From NCBI GenBank assembly GCA_965228735.1, contig OZ245838.1:6528001-6592000 (forward strand): a DNA stretch of 64,000 bases, read 5' to 3'. The notes beneath the pieces were generated by a model. The model did no database searches. It was not told the DNA's origin and worked only from the letters and a program-made list of their open reading frames with translations. The DNA is from Planctomycetota bacterium. GTDB taxonomy: Bacteria > Planctomycetota > UBA1135 > UBA2386. Shown piece by piece: positions 41,723 through 51,747 of the stretch; within the stretch, counting starts at the first letter, position 1; each line of letters starts with the position of its first letter. The translations under genes were made by a program, and so were the position numbers.

Positions 41723-42306
41723 ATCTCTCCGAAGCGAAAGAACTCGGACTGAAGTATCCCGAACGCAAGCGCGTCGGGCGCGGCACGGGCTCGGGCACCG
41801 GCAAGACGGCCGGCCGCGGCCACAAGGGCGCGCGCGCGCGCTCGGGTTGGTCGCAGCGCATCGGTTGGGAAGGCGGTCAGATGCCGATCTACCGCCGCGT
41901 GCCGAAGCGCGGGTTCAACAACAAGAACTTCGAGAAGGTCTATACGACGGTCAACGTCCGCGACCTCGAGGGGTTCGACGCCGGTGCGACGGTCGATCTC
42001 GAGGCGGTGCTCTCAAAGGGCCTGACGTCCAAGGCCAAGCACAGCGACCTGTTCAAGATCCTCGGTGACGGCGAGCTGACGAAGTCGGTCACGGTCAAGG
42101 TCCACGCGATCACGAAGAGCGCGCAGGAGAAGATCGAGAAGGCCGGCGGCAAGGTCGAGCTCATCGAGCCGAAGCAGATGCGACCCAAGTTCGTGGCCAA
42201 GGACGGCAGCAAGCGCAAGCCGGGCACGAAGCGTCGCCGACGCGGCGGTCCGATCAGCGAAGCGGCATCGGCAGCCAACGAGACCACCCAAGGCGAGGAC
42301 TCCTAA
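41719..42306 (+). CDS. rplO: 50S ribosomal protein L15
   Basis: KRVGRG.GSG.GKT.GRGHKG, EGGQMP..RR.PKRGF, A.EKIEKAGG. Confidence 0.97.
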   Translation: MNLSEAKELGLKYPERKRVGRGTGSGTGKTAGRGHKGARARSGWSQRIGWEGGQMPIYRRVPKRGFNNKNFEKVYTTVNVRDLEGFDAGATVDLEAVLSKGLTSKAKHSDLFKILGDGELTKSVTVKVHAITKSAQEKIEKAGGKVELIEPKQMRPKFVAKDGSKRKPGTKRRRRGGPISEAASAANETTQGEDS

Positions 42307-42324
42307 GGGAGCTGCGACAACGGC

Positions 42325-43719
42325 ATGAGCTTCACCGTCGCCAATCTGTTCAAGGTCAAGGAGATCAGGAACAAGATCCTGATCACCCTCGGTCTGCTCA
42401 TCGTCTACCGGATCGGGTTCTGGATCCCGATCCCGGGCGTCAACCAGGTGGAGCTCTTCAAGCAGATCGGCAACGAGGGGGGCATCGGCAAGTTGTTCTC
42501 CATGATGAACGTCCTGACGGGCGGCAACCTGCAGAGCGCGACGTTGTTCTCGCTCGGCGTGATGCCGTACATCTCGGCGAGCATCATCTTCAGTCTGTTG
42601 TCCAAGGCCGTGCCCGCGCTCGAGAAGATCAGCAAGGAGGGCGCGAGCGGGCAGAAGAAGATCAACCAGATGACCCGCATGGCCACCGTGGCCATCTGCC
42701 TCGTGCAGTCGTGGTTCGTGATCTTCGGTGTGCTCGGCGTCGAGGGCAGCAAGCTGCTGCACGCGGGCGTGCAGGACTGGTTCGGGATCTACTGCGTGGT
42801 CGTGATGATCGCGCTGACCGCCGGCACGATGTTCATCATGTGGCTCGGCGAGCAGATCACCGAGCACGGCGTCGGCAACGGCATCTCGCTGATCATCATG
42901 GCCGGCATCATCGCCAGCCTGTATCCGTCGATCTCGCAGTACTTCTCGTTCGGCTTCGGCCGCGAGGAGTGGCAGAAGCTGCTGACCTTCATGGCGGCGT
43001 GGGGTGTCGTCGTGGTCGCCGTCGTCTACATGACGAAGGCGCAGCGCCGCATCCCGATCCAGCAGGCCAAGCACACGCGCGGCCGCCGCGTCTACGGCGG
43101 GCAGCGCATGTTCCTGCCGTTCAAGGTCAACCAGGCCGGCGTCATGCCGATCATCTTCGGTTCGACCCTGCTGCTGATCCCGACCATGATCGGCAGCGCG
43201 GTGCCGGGCATGGGCTGGCTCAGCGACACGTTCGGCAGCCAGCGCGGCTTCTGGTACGTGACGACGTTCACGATCCTGATCTTCTTCTTCTCGTTCTTCT
43301 GGACGTCGATGATGTTCCAGCCGACCGACATCGCGAACAACCTGCGCGAGGGCGGCTCGTTCATCCCGGGCATCCGCCCCGGCAAGCCGACGGCGGACTA
43401 CCTCGAGGCGACGATGCTGCGCATCACGCTCGTCGGGGCGCTGTTCCTCGCGACCGTGTCGGTCATCCCGGCGTTCTTCGGTGGGGGTGGCGGCAGCCAG
43501 ATGGACCAGGTGCTGCTTTACTTCATGTCCGGCACGTCGATCCTCATCGTCGTCTCGGTGGCGCTCGACATGGTCGAGAAGATCAACGCGCTGCTCGTGA
43601 TGAAGAACTACGAGGGCTTCATGACGGAGCATGGCACCCAGGGCGGCCGTCAGGCCGGTCAGGGCGCCGGTGGTCAGGGCACGACCGGCTGGGGCCGCCG
43701 CGGAGGGGCGACCAGCTGA
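42325..43719 (+). CDS. secY: Preprotein translocase subunit SecY
   Basis: LGVMPYISASII, WLGEQIT..GVGNGISL, N.AGVMPIIF, FIPGIRPG..T. Confidence 0.98.
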   Translation: MSFTVANLFKVKEIRNKILITLGLLIVYRIGFWIPIPGVNQVELFKQIGNEGGIGKLFSMMNVLTGGNLQSATLFSLGVMPYISASIIFSLLSKAVPALEKISKEGASGQKKINQMTRMATVAICLVQSWFVIFGVLGVEGSKLLHAGVQDWFGIYCVVVMIALTAGTMFIMWLGEQITEHGVGNGISLIIMAGIIASLYPSISQYFSFGFGREEWQKLLTFMAAWGVVVVAVVYMTKAQRRIPIQQAKHTRGRRVYGGQRMFLPFKVNQAGVMPIIFGSTLLLIPTMIGSAVPGMGWLSDTFGSQRGFWYVTTFTILIFFFSFFWTSMMFQPTDIANNLREGGSFIPGIRPGKPTADYLEATMLRITLVGALFLATVSVIPAFFGGGGGSQMDQVLLYFMSGTSILIVVSVALDMVEKINALLVMKNYEGFMTEHGTQGGRQAGQGAGGQGTTGWGRRGGATS

Positions 43720-43720
43720 G

Positions 43721-44392
43721 ATGCGAGCGACCGTGACAGCCCGCTGCGTGTTCCTCGGCGCCCCGGGTGCCGGCAAGGGCACCCAGGCCAAGAAGGTCGC
43801 GGAGTCCGTCCAGGCTGGCGGTGCGGGCCTGGCCCACATCTCGACGGGCGACATGCTGCGGGCGCAGGTGTCGGCCGGCACGGAGCTCGGACTGCAGGCC
43901 AAGGGCTTCATGGACCAGGGGCAGCTGGTGCCGGATCAGGTCATCATCGCGATGGTCCAGGACCGGATTGCCCAGCCCGACGCCACTTCGGCATGGATCC
44001 TGGACGGCTTTCCCCGTACGCTGCCGCAGGCCGAGGCCCTGGATCAGGGCCTCGCCGACAGCACCCCGCTGTCACACGTGATCTACTTCGCCGTACCCGA
44101 GGCCGAGCTGCTGGGACGTCTGACGGGTCGCCGGACCTGCTCCAACTGCGGAGCGATCTGGCACGTCACCAACAAGCCGACCAAGGTGGCAGGCGTCTGT
44201 GATCTGTGCGGTGGGGAATTGACCCAACGCGCTGACGATCGCGAGGAAGCGATCGCCCAGCGCCTCGTTGCCTACCGGGAGCAGACCGCTCCCCTTCTGG
44301 AGTACTACCGTTCCCGGAATGTCCTGCGGGAGATCGATGCGAATCGATCGCCCGATGTCGTGTTCGAGGAGTTGTTGACGCTGATGCAATGA
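43721..44392 (+). CDS. adk: Adenylate kinase (zinc-lid type)
   Basis: LGAPGAGKGTQA, HISTGDMLR, LDGFPRT, C..C / C..C lid. Confidence 0.97.
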   Translation: MRATVTARCVFLGAPGAGKGTQAKKVAESVQAGGAGLAHISTGDMLRAQVSAGTELGLQAKGFMDQGQLVPDQVIIAMVQDRIAQPDATSAWILDGFPRTLPQAEALDQGLADSTPLSHVIYFAVPEAELLGRLTGRRTCSNCGAIWHVTNKPTKVAGVCDLCGGELTQRADDREEAIAQRLVAYREQTAPLLEYYRSRNVLREIDANRSPDVVFEELLTLMQ

Positions 44393-44405
44393 TCGAGTGT
44401 GTGCG

Positions 44406-44696
44406 ATGAGCGACGTCGAAGGAGCACCTTCGGAACCCGCCGTGCAGGCGACCGTGATCGGCCGACTGCCCAACGAGATGTTCCGGTTGCGCCTGCAAGA
44501 CGGCCAGCTTGTCGACGCCCACGCCGCCAAGAACCTGCGAATGACCTACGTCCGGCTCGTGCCGGGAGACGTCGTCGAGATCGACCGTTCTCCGTTCGAC
44601 CCCGACAAGGCGCGGATCATCCGGATCCGCAAGCTGAAGCACCAGCAGCAGGCCAGCAACACGACTCCACCCTCCGCCACCGAATCCAACCCCTAG
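44406..44696 (+). CDS. infA: Translation initiation factor IF-1 (divergent)
   Basis: LPN.MFR..L, AH....RM..VRL.PGD.V, SPFD..KARI; position before rpmJ. Confidence 0.8.
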   Translation: MSDVEGAPSEPAVQATVIGRLPNEMFRLRLQDGQLVDAHAAKNLRMTYVRLVPGDVVEIDRSPFDPDKARIIRIRKLKHQQQASNTTPPSATESNP

Positions 44697-44715
44697 TCAA
44701 CCCGAGAGCCCAGCC

Positions 44716-44835
44716 GTGAAAGTCAGAGCCAGCGTTCGACGGATCTGCGAGCACTGCAAAGTCGTGAAGCGTCGCGGTGTCGTCCGGATCATCTGCAGCA
44801 GCAACCCGCGCCACAAGCAGCGCCAAGGGAAGTAA
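44716..44835 (+). CDS. rpmJ: 50S ribosomal protein L36
   Basis: Manual translation from [42 protein letters not shown]. Confidence 0.97.
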   Translation: MKVRASVRRICEHCKVVKRRGVVRIICSSNPRHKQRQGK

Positions 44836-44838
44836 GCC

Positions 44839-45216
44839 ATGCCACGCCTCCTCGGTGTCGACATCCCGAACGAGAAGCGCATCGACGTTGCGCTCACCTA
44901 CATCTACGGCGTGGGCCACACCACGGCGCTGAAGGTGCTCGAAGAACTCAACATCCCGCGTGAGACGCGCAGCAAGGACCTCAAGGACGACGAGGTCGCG
45001 ACGCTCGCTGCTCACCTTGAGAAGACGCTGCCCGTCGAGGGTGCGCTGCGTCGCCTGACGATGCAGAACATCTCGCGGCTCAAGGACATCCAGTGCTACC
45101 GCGGTCTGCGCCACCGGCGCGGTCTGCCCGTTCACGGTCAGCGCACGCGCTGCAATGCCCGCACCCGCAAGGGCCCGCGCAAGACCGTCGCCAACAAGAA
45201 GATCCTCAGGAAGTAA
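44839..45216 (+). CDS. rpsM: 30S ribosomal protein S13
   Basis: [32 protein letters not shown]. Confidence 0.98.
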   Translation: MPRLLGVDIPNEKRIDVALTYIYGVGHTTALKVLEELNIPRETRSKDLKDDEVATLAAHLEKTLPVEGALRRLTMQNISRLKDIQCYRGLRHRRGLPVHGQRTRCNARTRKGPRKTVANKKILRK

Positions 45217-45220
45217 TTCG

Positions 45221-45613
45221 ATGGCCGGACCCAAAACGGACAAGAAGAAGGCGCGCGTTCGCAAGAACGTCGGCAAGGCGATCGCCCACGTGAAGGCGTC
45301 GTTCAACAACACGATCGTCACGGTCACGGACGCCTCCGGGCAGGTCATCGCCTGGGACTCGGCCGGCACCATCGGCTACAAGGGCTCGCGCAAGAGCACG
45401 CCGTTCGCGGCGCAGCGCGCGGCCGAGAAGGTCGCCGACAAGTGCAAGAAGATGGGCGTGCACGAGATGGAGGTCCTGGTTCGCGGCCCGGGTTCGGGAC
45501 GCGAGTCGGCGGTCCGCGCCCTCGCGTCGTCCGGCATCGAGATCCGCTCGATCGAGGACGCCACCCCGCTGCCGCACAACGGCTGCCGTTCGCGCAAGCG
45601 CCGCCGCGTCTAG
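45221..45613 (+). CDS. rpsK: 30S ribosomal protein S11
   Basis: [37 protein letters not shown]. Confidence 0.98.
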   Translation: MAGPKTDKKKARVRKNVGKAIAHVKASFNNTIVTVTDASGQVIAWDSAGTIGYKGSRKSTPFAAQRAAEKVADKCKKMGVHEMEVLVRGPGSGRESAVRALASSGIEIRSIEDATPLPHNGCRSRKRRRV

Positions 45614-45664
45614 CGCGGCTCCACCCAGCCGCGCCCACCACAGCAAACCAACCGCATTCTACTG

Positions 45665-46288
45665 ATGGCTCGTATTTCGAATCAGGTCTGCAAGCTCTGC
45701 CGCCGCGAGGGCGTCAAGCTGTTCCTCAAGGGGCAGCGGTGCTTCTCCGAGAAGTGTGGCGTGAACCGCCGCAACTACCCGCCGGGTCAGCATGTTCGGC
45801 CCAAGAAGGGCACGGACTACGGCGCCCAGCTCCGCGAGAAGCAGAAGTGCAAGCGCATCTACGGCGTGCTCGAGCGCCAGTTCATGAACTACTTCACGAT
45901 CGCGCAGCGCCAGAAGGGCAACACGGGTGACAACCTGCTGATCCTGCTGGAGCGTCGCCTCGACAACGTGGTTCTGAGCCTGGGTCTCGCGTTCTCGCGC
46001 TTCGATGCGCGGCAGACGGTGGCCCATGGCCACGTCTACGTGAACGGCAAGCGCCTCGACATCCCGAGCTACCTCGTGCGTCCTGGCGACGAGATCGAGG
46101 TGCGCGGCAAGGAGAAGCTCAAGAAGAAGGTCACGGACGCGATCGAGATGAACAAGGGCCGGCCGCTGCCGCCCTGGCTCGAAGCCGTGCCGACCGACCT
46201 CAAGGGCAAGGTCGTGCAGCTGCCGAAGCGCGAAGACGTCACGGCCGAGATCAACGAGCAGCTCATCATCGAGCTCTGCTCCAAGTAA
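45665..46288 (+). CDS. rpsD: 30S ribosomal protein S4 (zinc-binding type)
   Basis: CKLCRREG.KLFLKG.RC, QLREKQK, LERRLDNVV. Confidence 0.98.
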   Translation: MARISNQVCKLCRREGVKLFLKGQRCFSEKCGVNRRNYPPGQHVRPKKGTDYGAQLREKQKCKRIYGVLERQFMNYFTIAQRQKGNTGDNLLILLERRLDNVVLSLGLAFSRFDARQTVAHGHVYVNGKRLDIPSYLVRPGDEIEVRGKEKLKKKVTDAIEMNKGRPLPPWLEAVPTDLKGKVVQLPKREDVTAEINEQLIIELCSK

Positions 46289-46387
46289 GCACGCAGCTGG
46301 CCGCGTCTGGCGGCGAGCTGCACCCCGGCCCGGTGGCGACCGCGTTCGCACCCGGGCCACTGACGGCAAAGCAAGGATTCACACGCA

Positions 46388-47386
46388 ATGCGTATTCGTT
46401 GGCGCAACTTCGAGCTGCCTTCCCAGGTCCGCCTGGAGCAGGACACCTCCTCCTCGAGCTACGGCAAGTTCACGGTCGAGCCGTTCGAGAAGGGTTTCGG
46501 CACCACGATCGGCAATGGTCTGCGCCGCGTTCTGCTCTCGTCGATCGAGGGCACCGCGGTCACGTGGGTGCGCATCGACGGCGTCGTGCACGAGTTCTCG
46601 ACGATGCAGGGCATCCTCGAGGACGTCACGCAGATCGTGCTCAACATCAAGAAACTGCGCGTCAAGATGCACACCGACGCGCCGACGACGCTGCGCATCG
46701 ACTGCAGCGAGAAGGGCGAGGTGCTCGCCGGCATGATCGAGGGTGACCACAACGTCGAGGTCGCCAACCCCGAGCTCAAGATCTGCACCCTGACCGAGGA
46801 CGTCCGGTTCTACGCCGAGATGCAGGTTAAGAAGGGCCGCGGCTACGTCACGGCCGAGGAGAACGTCACCGAGGACCAGGAGATCGGCACGATCCCGGTC
46901 GACTCGATCTTCAGCCCGGTGCACCGCGTGCGCTACGGCATCGAGAACACGCGCGTCGGCAAGTCGACCGACTACGATCGCCTCGTCCTCGAGGTCTGGA
47001 CCGACGGCACCGTGTCGCCCGAGATGGCGCTCGTCGAGGCGAGCAAGATCTACCGCAAGCACCTCAACCCGTTCGTCCAGTACTTCGAGTTCAAGGAAGA
47101 CCTGGCCGTCGAGGGTGGTGTGCTCGCGCCGGAAGGCGACGAGGGCGCGAAGCGCCGCGAGATGACGGACCTGCTGAGCAAGAGCGTCGACATGCTCGAG
47201 CTGTCGGTCCGCGCAAAGAACTGCCTGGACAGCGAGAACATCACGGTCATCAAGGACCTGGTGCGCATGTCGGAGGCGGAGCTGCTCAAGGTCCGCAACT
47301 TCGGCCGCACCTCGCTCAAGGAGGTCAAGAGCAAGCTCAGCGCGCTCGGCCTCTCGCTCGGGATCAACGTCGACGAGTACGCTTAG
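46388..47386 (+). CDS. rpoA: RNA polymerase alpha subunit
   Basis: EPFEKGFG.T.GN.LRR.LLSS, HEFS, GRGY, LELSVRA.NCL, NFG..SL.E. Confidence 0.98.
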   Translation: MRIRWRNFELPSQVRLEQDTSSSSYGKFTVEPFEKGFGTTIGNGLRRVLLSSIEGTAVTWVRIDGVVHEFSTMQGILEDVTQIVLNIKKLRVKMHTDAPTTLRIDCSEKGEVLAGMIEGDHNVEVANPELKICTLTEDVRFYAEMQVKKGRGYVTAEENVTEDQEIGTIPVDSIFSPVHRVRYGIENTRVGKSTDYDRLVLEVWTDGTVSPEMALVEASKIYRKHLNPFVQYFEFKEDLAVEGGVLAPEGDEGAKRREMTDLLSKSVDMLELSVRAKNCLDSENITVIKDLVRMSEAELLKVRNFGRTSLKEVKSKLSALGLSLGINVDEYA

Positions 47387-47441
47387 GCCGCGTCACCCGC
47401 CGCACAGCACTGCACACAACTACTGACAGGACTATCGGGTC

Positions 47442-47894
47442 ATGAAGCACCGCGTCGCCGGCAAACATCTCAACCGCAACTCCGCGCACCGCGCGGCGCT
47501 GCGCAAGAACTTCTGCGTGTCCGTCATCATGCACGAGCGGGTCACCACGACCCTGGCCAAGGCCAAGGCGCTGCGCCCGTTCGTCGAGAAGATGATCACG
47601 CTGGCCAAGGGTGCCAACGAGCAGAACAAGCTGCACCGCATCCGTCGCGCCGTCTCGATCCTGCAGGACAAGACCGCGGTGAAGAAGCTGTTCGAGGAGA
47701 TCGCGCCGCGCTTCCAGAACCGCGCGGGCGGCTACACGCGCATCCTGCGCCTGCCCGACTACCGCATCGGTGACGGCGGCGACAAGGCCCTGTTCGAGCT
47801 CCTCGACAACGACGTCCTCGAGCGCCAGATCAAGGCGGCCGAGGAGGCCGAGGCCGAGGTCGACAGCGAAGAGGAAGCGGAAGCGGGCGTCTAG
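47442..47894 (+). CDS. rplQ: 50S ribosomal protein L17
   Basis: L.R...HR.AL, TTL.KAK, R.GGYTRI. Confidence 0.97.
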   Translation: MKHRVAGKHLNRNSAHRAALRKNFCVSVIMHERVTTTLAKAKALRPFVEKMITLAKGANEQNKLHRIRRAVSILQDKTAVKKLFEEIAPRFQNRAGGYTRILRLPDYRIGDGGDKALFELLDNDVLERQIKAAEEAEAEVDSEEEAEAGV

Positions 47895-48064
47895 ACGCTA
47901 CTTCTGACGCTCCTGGGCACACTCCCGAACGGGCCGGCTCACCAGCGGTGAGGCGGCCCGTTGTCGTTGGCCCGTTGTCGTTGGTGGGGGGCGGGACCGA
48001 GTTGGGACGCCGTCGGACCGGCGTACGGGCGTGCTCGGGCGCTCGACGCCGTATCCTCGTGGGC

Positions 48065-49243
48065 ATGCGTTTCGTCCGTGCGTCGCTCTGCCTGCTGGCT
48101 CTCGGTCTCGTCGCTTCGGCCCAGGAGCCGGGCGACCCGAAGACGGACGCGCTCGAGCGTCGGCTGACCGCCCTGTTCGAGCGCCCGGCTGGCCAGCGCA
48201 TCTCGGACGCGCAGAAGGCCGCGCTCGGCGAATTCGTCGCCGCGCACGCGGGTGAGCTCGGTCGCCTCGGCTATGCCAAGGGGCTGCACAGCTACCTCAC
48301 GCGGCAGCCCGAGCGGGCGGTCACGGAGCTCGACGCGTTCTTCGAAGGCCACGGTCCGGACGCGATTCGGGTCGCCGAGCAACGGCTCATGGTGGGGCGG
48401 ATCTACATGGCCGCGTTCGGCCGGGTCGCGCGGACCGAGGCGCCCGACGTCGAGGCGCTGCAGCTCTACGGCGAACGCGCGACCCGGCTCTACGCGGATC
48501 TGCCGCTGCTCACGCGCTACATGCCGCGCATGCTCGGCGGGATCGCGGACGACGCGACCCGGGTCCTGGCGCGCGCGGCGCTCGTGCGCGGCGCGGCGAA
48601 TTCGGGCGGCGAGCCGGCGGCGTTCGACCGCTTCGTCGCGGCGCTCTATGCCGATGTCGCGGCACCGGTGCCGGCCAATGCGCGGCGTGGCGCCGCCGGT
48701 CGGACGTCGGGCAAGCGCACCGACCCGACCGCAGCGGTGCGCGACGCGCTCACCGGCAAGACGCCACCCGCGCTGTCGGTGCAGCACCGGATCGGCGAGG
48801 GGCGGGCGGAGATCGCGGCCCACCGCGGCAAGGTCGTGCTCGTCGACTTCTGGGCCACGTGGTGCGGGCCGTGCCGGGCCGTAATCCCCGAGCTCGTGAA
48901 GCTGCAAGACCAGCATCCGGACTCGCTTCGGGTCGTCGGCGCCACGCGGTTCTACGGCTACGGCATGGACTTCACGGGGGACGGCAAGGTGCCGCACAGC
49001 GGGACCATCGTCCGTGAGCTCGATGAGGCTGCCGAACTCGCGATCAACCGCACGTTCGCGATCGCGTTCGAGCTCAACTACCCGATCGCGTTCGTCCCGA
49101 AGGGCACGTTCGAGGCCTACGGCATCCGCGGCATCCCGACGGTGTTCGTGATCGGCCGCGACGGCAAGGTCGTCGGCCACGTGGTCGGCAACCGCCACGA
49201 AGAACTCACCGCCCTCGTCGAGCGCGCGCTCGGCGACGAGTAG
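48065..49243 (+). CDS. Secreted TlpA-like thiol-disulfide oxidoreductase
   Basis: Signal peptide; GKVVLVDFWATWCGPCR, GIPTVFVIGRDG. Confidence 0.88.
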   Translation: MRFVRASLCLLALGLVASAQEPGDPKTDALERRLTALFERPAGQRISDAQKAALGEFVAAHAGELGRLGYAKGLHSYLTRQPERAVTELDAFFEGHGPDAIRVAEQRLMVGRIYMAAFGRVARTEAPDVEALQLYGERATRLYADLPLLTRYMPRMLGGIADDATRVLARAALVRGAANSGGEPAAFDRFVAALYADVAAPVPANARRGAAGRTSGKRTDPTAAVRDALTGKTPPALSVQHRIGEGRAEIAAHRGKVVLVDFWATWCGPCRAVIPELVKLQDQHPDSLRVVGATRFYGYGMDFTGDGKVPHSGTIVRELDEAAELAINRTFAIAFELNYPIAFVPKGTFEAYGIRGIPTVFVIGRDGKVVGHVVGNRHEELTALVERALGDE

Positions 49244-49281
49244 CTCTGTCTGCTGACCCCTGCCCTGCAAGGAGGTTTTCG

Positions 49282-49794
49282 ATGCGACCGTTCCTGTTCG
49301 TCTGCTCCGTCACCCTGACCTTTTGCGCCACCGCACCGGCGCAGTACGGCTTCCTGGCCCACACGTCCGGCTCGAGCACGCAGATCAACTCCGGCTGCGG
49401 GTTCGACTGCACCGATCCGCAGAACGTCGTCCAGGTCACCGTCGTCGGCGGCGACCGGCTCAACTACGAGATCCAGGGCGACGGCGGCGCGCTCGCGGGC
49501 GTGCTGATCAGCATCGTGCCGCCGCTGCCCGCGTGCCCCGGCATTCCGTTCGCCGGCATCCAGAACTCGCTGCTGCTCGATCCCAACCCGACGTTCACGG
49601 CCGTGGCCGGGATCCTGCCGTCGCTCTCGACGTCGACGGCGCAGAGCTCGTGCGGCGCGTTCGGCCGCCGGCGCATCCTCGCGCTGTTCGACCTGCCGGC
49701 GTTCTTGTCCGGGTTGACGGTCTCGTTCCAGGGCTTCGTGTACGAGAACGGCACACCGACGTTCACGCGCGCGCTGCAGATCGATGTGACCTGA
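49282..49794 (+). CDS. Secreted hypothetical protein
   Basis: Strong RBS (AAGGAGG), signal peptide (APAQ), genome-typical codon usage. Confidence 0.7.
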   Translation: MRPFLFVCSVTLTFCATAPAQYGFLAHTSGSSTQINSGCGFDCTDPQNVVQVTVVGGDRLNYEIQGDGGALAGVLISIVPPLPACPGIPFAGIQNSLLLDPNPTFTAVAGILPSLSTSTAQSSCGAFGRRRILALFDLPAFLSGLTVSFQGFVYENGTPTFTRALQIDVT

Positions 49795-49813
49795 GCGCGC
49801 GCGCCCCGCTTCG

Positions 49814-50221
49814 TCAGCGGGGGCAGAGGATGTTGTGACGGCCGGCGTGCGGGCCCGTCATGACGATGTCATCCCAGTACTGGCCCGCCTCGTTCCACGT
49901 CGTCATGCCGAACGTGCCGCGCTGGTTGACCCACATGTAGGTCACGGGCTCGAGGCTGATGAGCTCCATCGTCGCGGTCTCGTCCGGGATCAGCACGCCG
50001 TTGAACTTGACCAGGGCGTAGATCGTGCCGCCCTGGTTGGAGCACTCGAGCGTGATCGTGTTGCCGGGGCTCACCGGCACGCCGTCGGACGTGAGGATCT
50101 CGTGGGTGCCGATGATGCTCGGCGTGCCTTCCGGCGGCACCTGGGCGAGCGCCGCGCTGCTGAACGCGGCCAGGGTGATCACGGCGATGGCGGAGCGGAG
50201 GAGGGCGGGAAGGCTGGTCAT
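49814..50221 (-). CDS. Secreted hypothetical protein
   Basis: Signal peptide (AALAQ), GC3-rich frame. Confidence 0.65.
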   Translation of the reverse strand: MTSLPALLRSAIAVITLAAFSSAALAQVPPEGTPSIIGTHEILTSDGVPVSPGNTITLECSNQGGTIYALVKFNGVLIPDETATMELISLEPVTYMWVNQRGTFGMTTWNEAGQYWDDIVMTGPHAGRHNILCPR

Positions 50222-50371
50222 GGGGGCTTTCGACGGAACGGGAGAGCGAATGGCCGATCGGCCGGGCGGCACGACGCCGCCGAGCCTCGGCGGTTCCAGG
50301 GTGCCGAAGCCCTTTGCCTCTAACGCACCTTCTCGGATTCCGATGACCGGCCCCCGTCGGCGCCGGTGCAG

Positions 50372-51280
50372 CTACTCGCGGTGTGTCGCCCGCACGAACG
50401 TCACGAGCCAGGAGCCGCTCGCGCGGCGGACCGCGACGAGGCCCGCGCAGCCGACCGGCAGTTCGACGCTCTGCGCCATCTCGACCGAGCGGCGCAGCGG
50501 CGCGTGGATCTCGCGTTCGACGCCGGGGTAGACCTCGACGTCGACGGCCGGCAGCGGGAGCTCGATGTCGCTCTGGGTGACGCGGTAGTCGAGGCTGACG
50601 GTGCCGTCGTGCAGGCAGGCACCGAACAGGTCGACGGTGATGCCGTCGAACAGGGTCTCGGTCACGGGCGTCGTCACGGGTTTGCCGTCGACGAGCTCGA
50701 CCTCGAAGTCGCGGGTGCACGAGACGGAGCGGCCGACCGACAGCCGGGCCTTGCCGGCGTGGTAGGTGAGCAGGCGCGGCGCGTGGATCATCTCGACCGC
50801 GTCGTCCTGCTTGAGTGAGCGTTCGAGCTCTGCCGCGCGCTTCGGCTTCAGGACCGCGAAGCGTTGGTCGCCGTCCTGCTCCGGCCCGAACACCGCGTCG
50901 AGCTGGCGTTCGAACAACGACGTGTCGGCGCGCATGATCCAGCTCTCGACGTCGATCTGGGTCCCGTGCAGCTCCTGGCAGCGGGCGATCAGGCGCTCGA
51001 CCCACGCGCACTGCGGCTCGGTGCCGAGGACCGTGAGGTGTCGGTCGCCGAGGAGCTGGATCCCGTGCTCCGGCCCGAGCGCGGGTTCGACGAACCGGCG
51101 GGCGAACGCGGCGATGGCCTCGCCGTCGAACGGGAGGTCGTCGTTCCCGAGCTTCGACAGGTCGTGGACCTGCAGCGTGAGGTTGGTCGCGACCGGCATC
51201 TTCTGGGCCTGCGCGACCGCGGTGCACGTCGAGACGGTGAGCGCCGCAGTGAGGGCGGCGGAGAGATGATCGAAGGTCAC
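50372..51280 (-). CDS. Secreted hypothetical protein with secretin-like segments
   Basis: GTG overlapping the upstream TGA; signal peptide; QIDVE and APRLLTY...ARLSVG resemble secretin motifs. Confidence 0.6.
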   Translation of the reverse strand: MTFDHLSAALTAALTVSTCTAVAQAQKMPVATNLTLQVHDLSKLGNDDLPFDGEAIAAFARRFVEPALGPEHGIQLLGDRHLTVLGTEPQCAWVERLIARCQELHGTQIDVESWIMRADTSLFERQLDAVFGPEQDGDQRFAVLKPKRAAELERSLKQDDAVEMIHAPRLLTYHAGKARLSVGRSVSCTRDFEVELVDGKPVTTPVTETLFDGITVDLFGACLHDGTVSLDYRVTQSDIELPLPAVDVEVYPGVEREIHAPLRRSVEMAQSVELPVGCAGLVAVRRASGSWLVTFVRATHRE

Positions 51281-51747
51281 AGGGAACGGCTCCGCGTGGT
51301 GGTGACGATGACGTGGGTGCGGTGACCGCCGCGTTCGGCGGCGATGCGTTCGGCGACGGTCCACGAGACCGTTCCGGAGGTGGGGGATCGATTCTCGGAG
51401 ACCGTGACGCCGAGCAGTCGTCCGGCGGTGGCGTTCGAGGACGCTTCGGCGTCGGCCGGGAACGAGGCGAACACGGCGGCGGTCGCGAGGACGGGAATCG
51501 CGGCCGCGACGAGGATCCACCCGAGCGCCCGCCCTCGGCGGCGCGGAGCTCGGCCGGCCGGGGCGGCTGGGGGCATTGTGTTTGGAGGCAAGGCCTGCAG
51601 CCGCGCGTAGAGGTTCGCGAACCCCGGCAGCTCGTCCGGTTCGGCCAGCAGCGCGTCGACGACGGCGGGGTCGTCGAGCGGGTCGGCGCGCCGGTCGAGG
51701 CAGTCGTGCAGCGCGCGTTCGAGTTCTCGGCGGGTGCGGTCAGTCAT
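51277..51747 (-). CDS. Putative anti-sigma factor (single TM)
   Basis: Overlaps the ECF sigma gene; cytoplasmic N-domain followed by a hydrophobic helix. Confidence 0.6.
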   Translation of the reverse strand: MTDRTRRELERALHDCLDRRADPLDDPAVVDALLAEPDELPGFANLYARLQALPPNTMPPAAPAGRAPRRRGRALGWILVAAAIPVLATAAVFASFPADAEASSNATAGRLLGVTVSENRSPTSGTVSWTVAERIAAERGGHRTHVIVTTTRSRSL

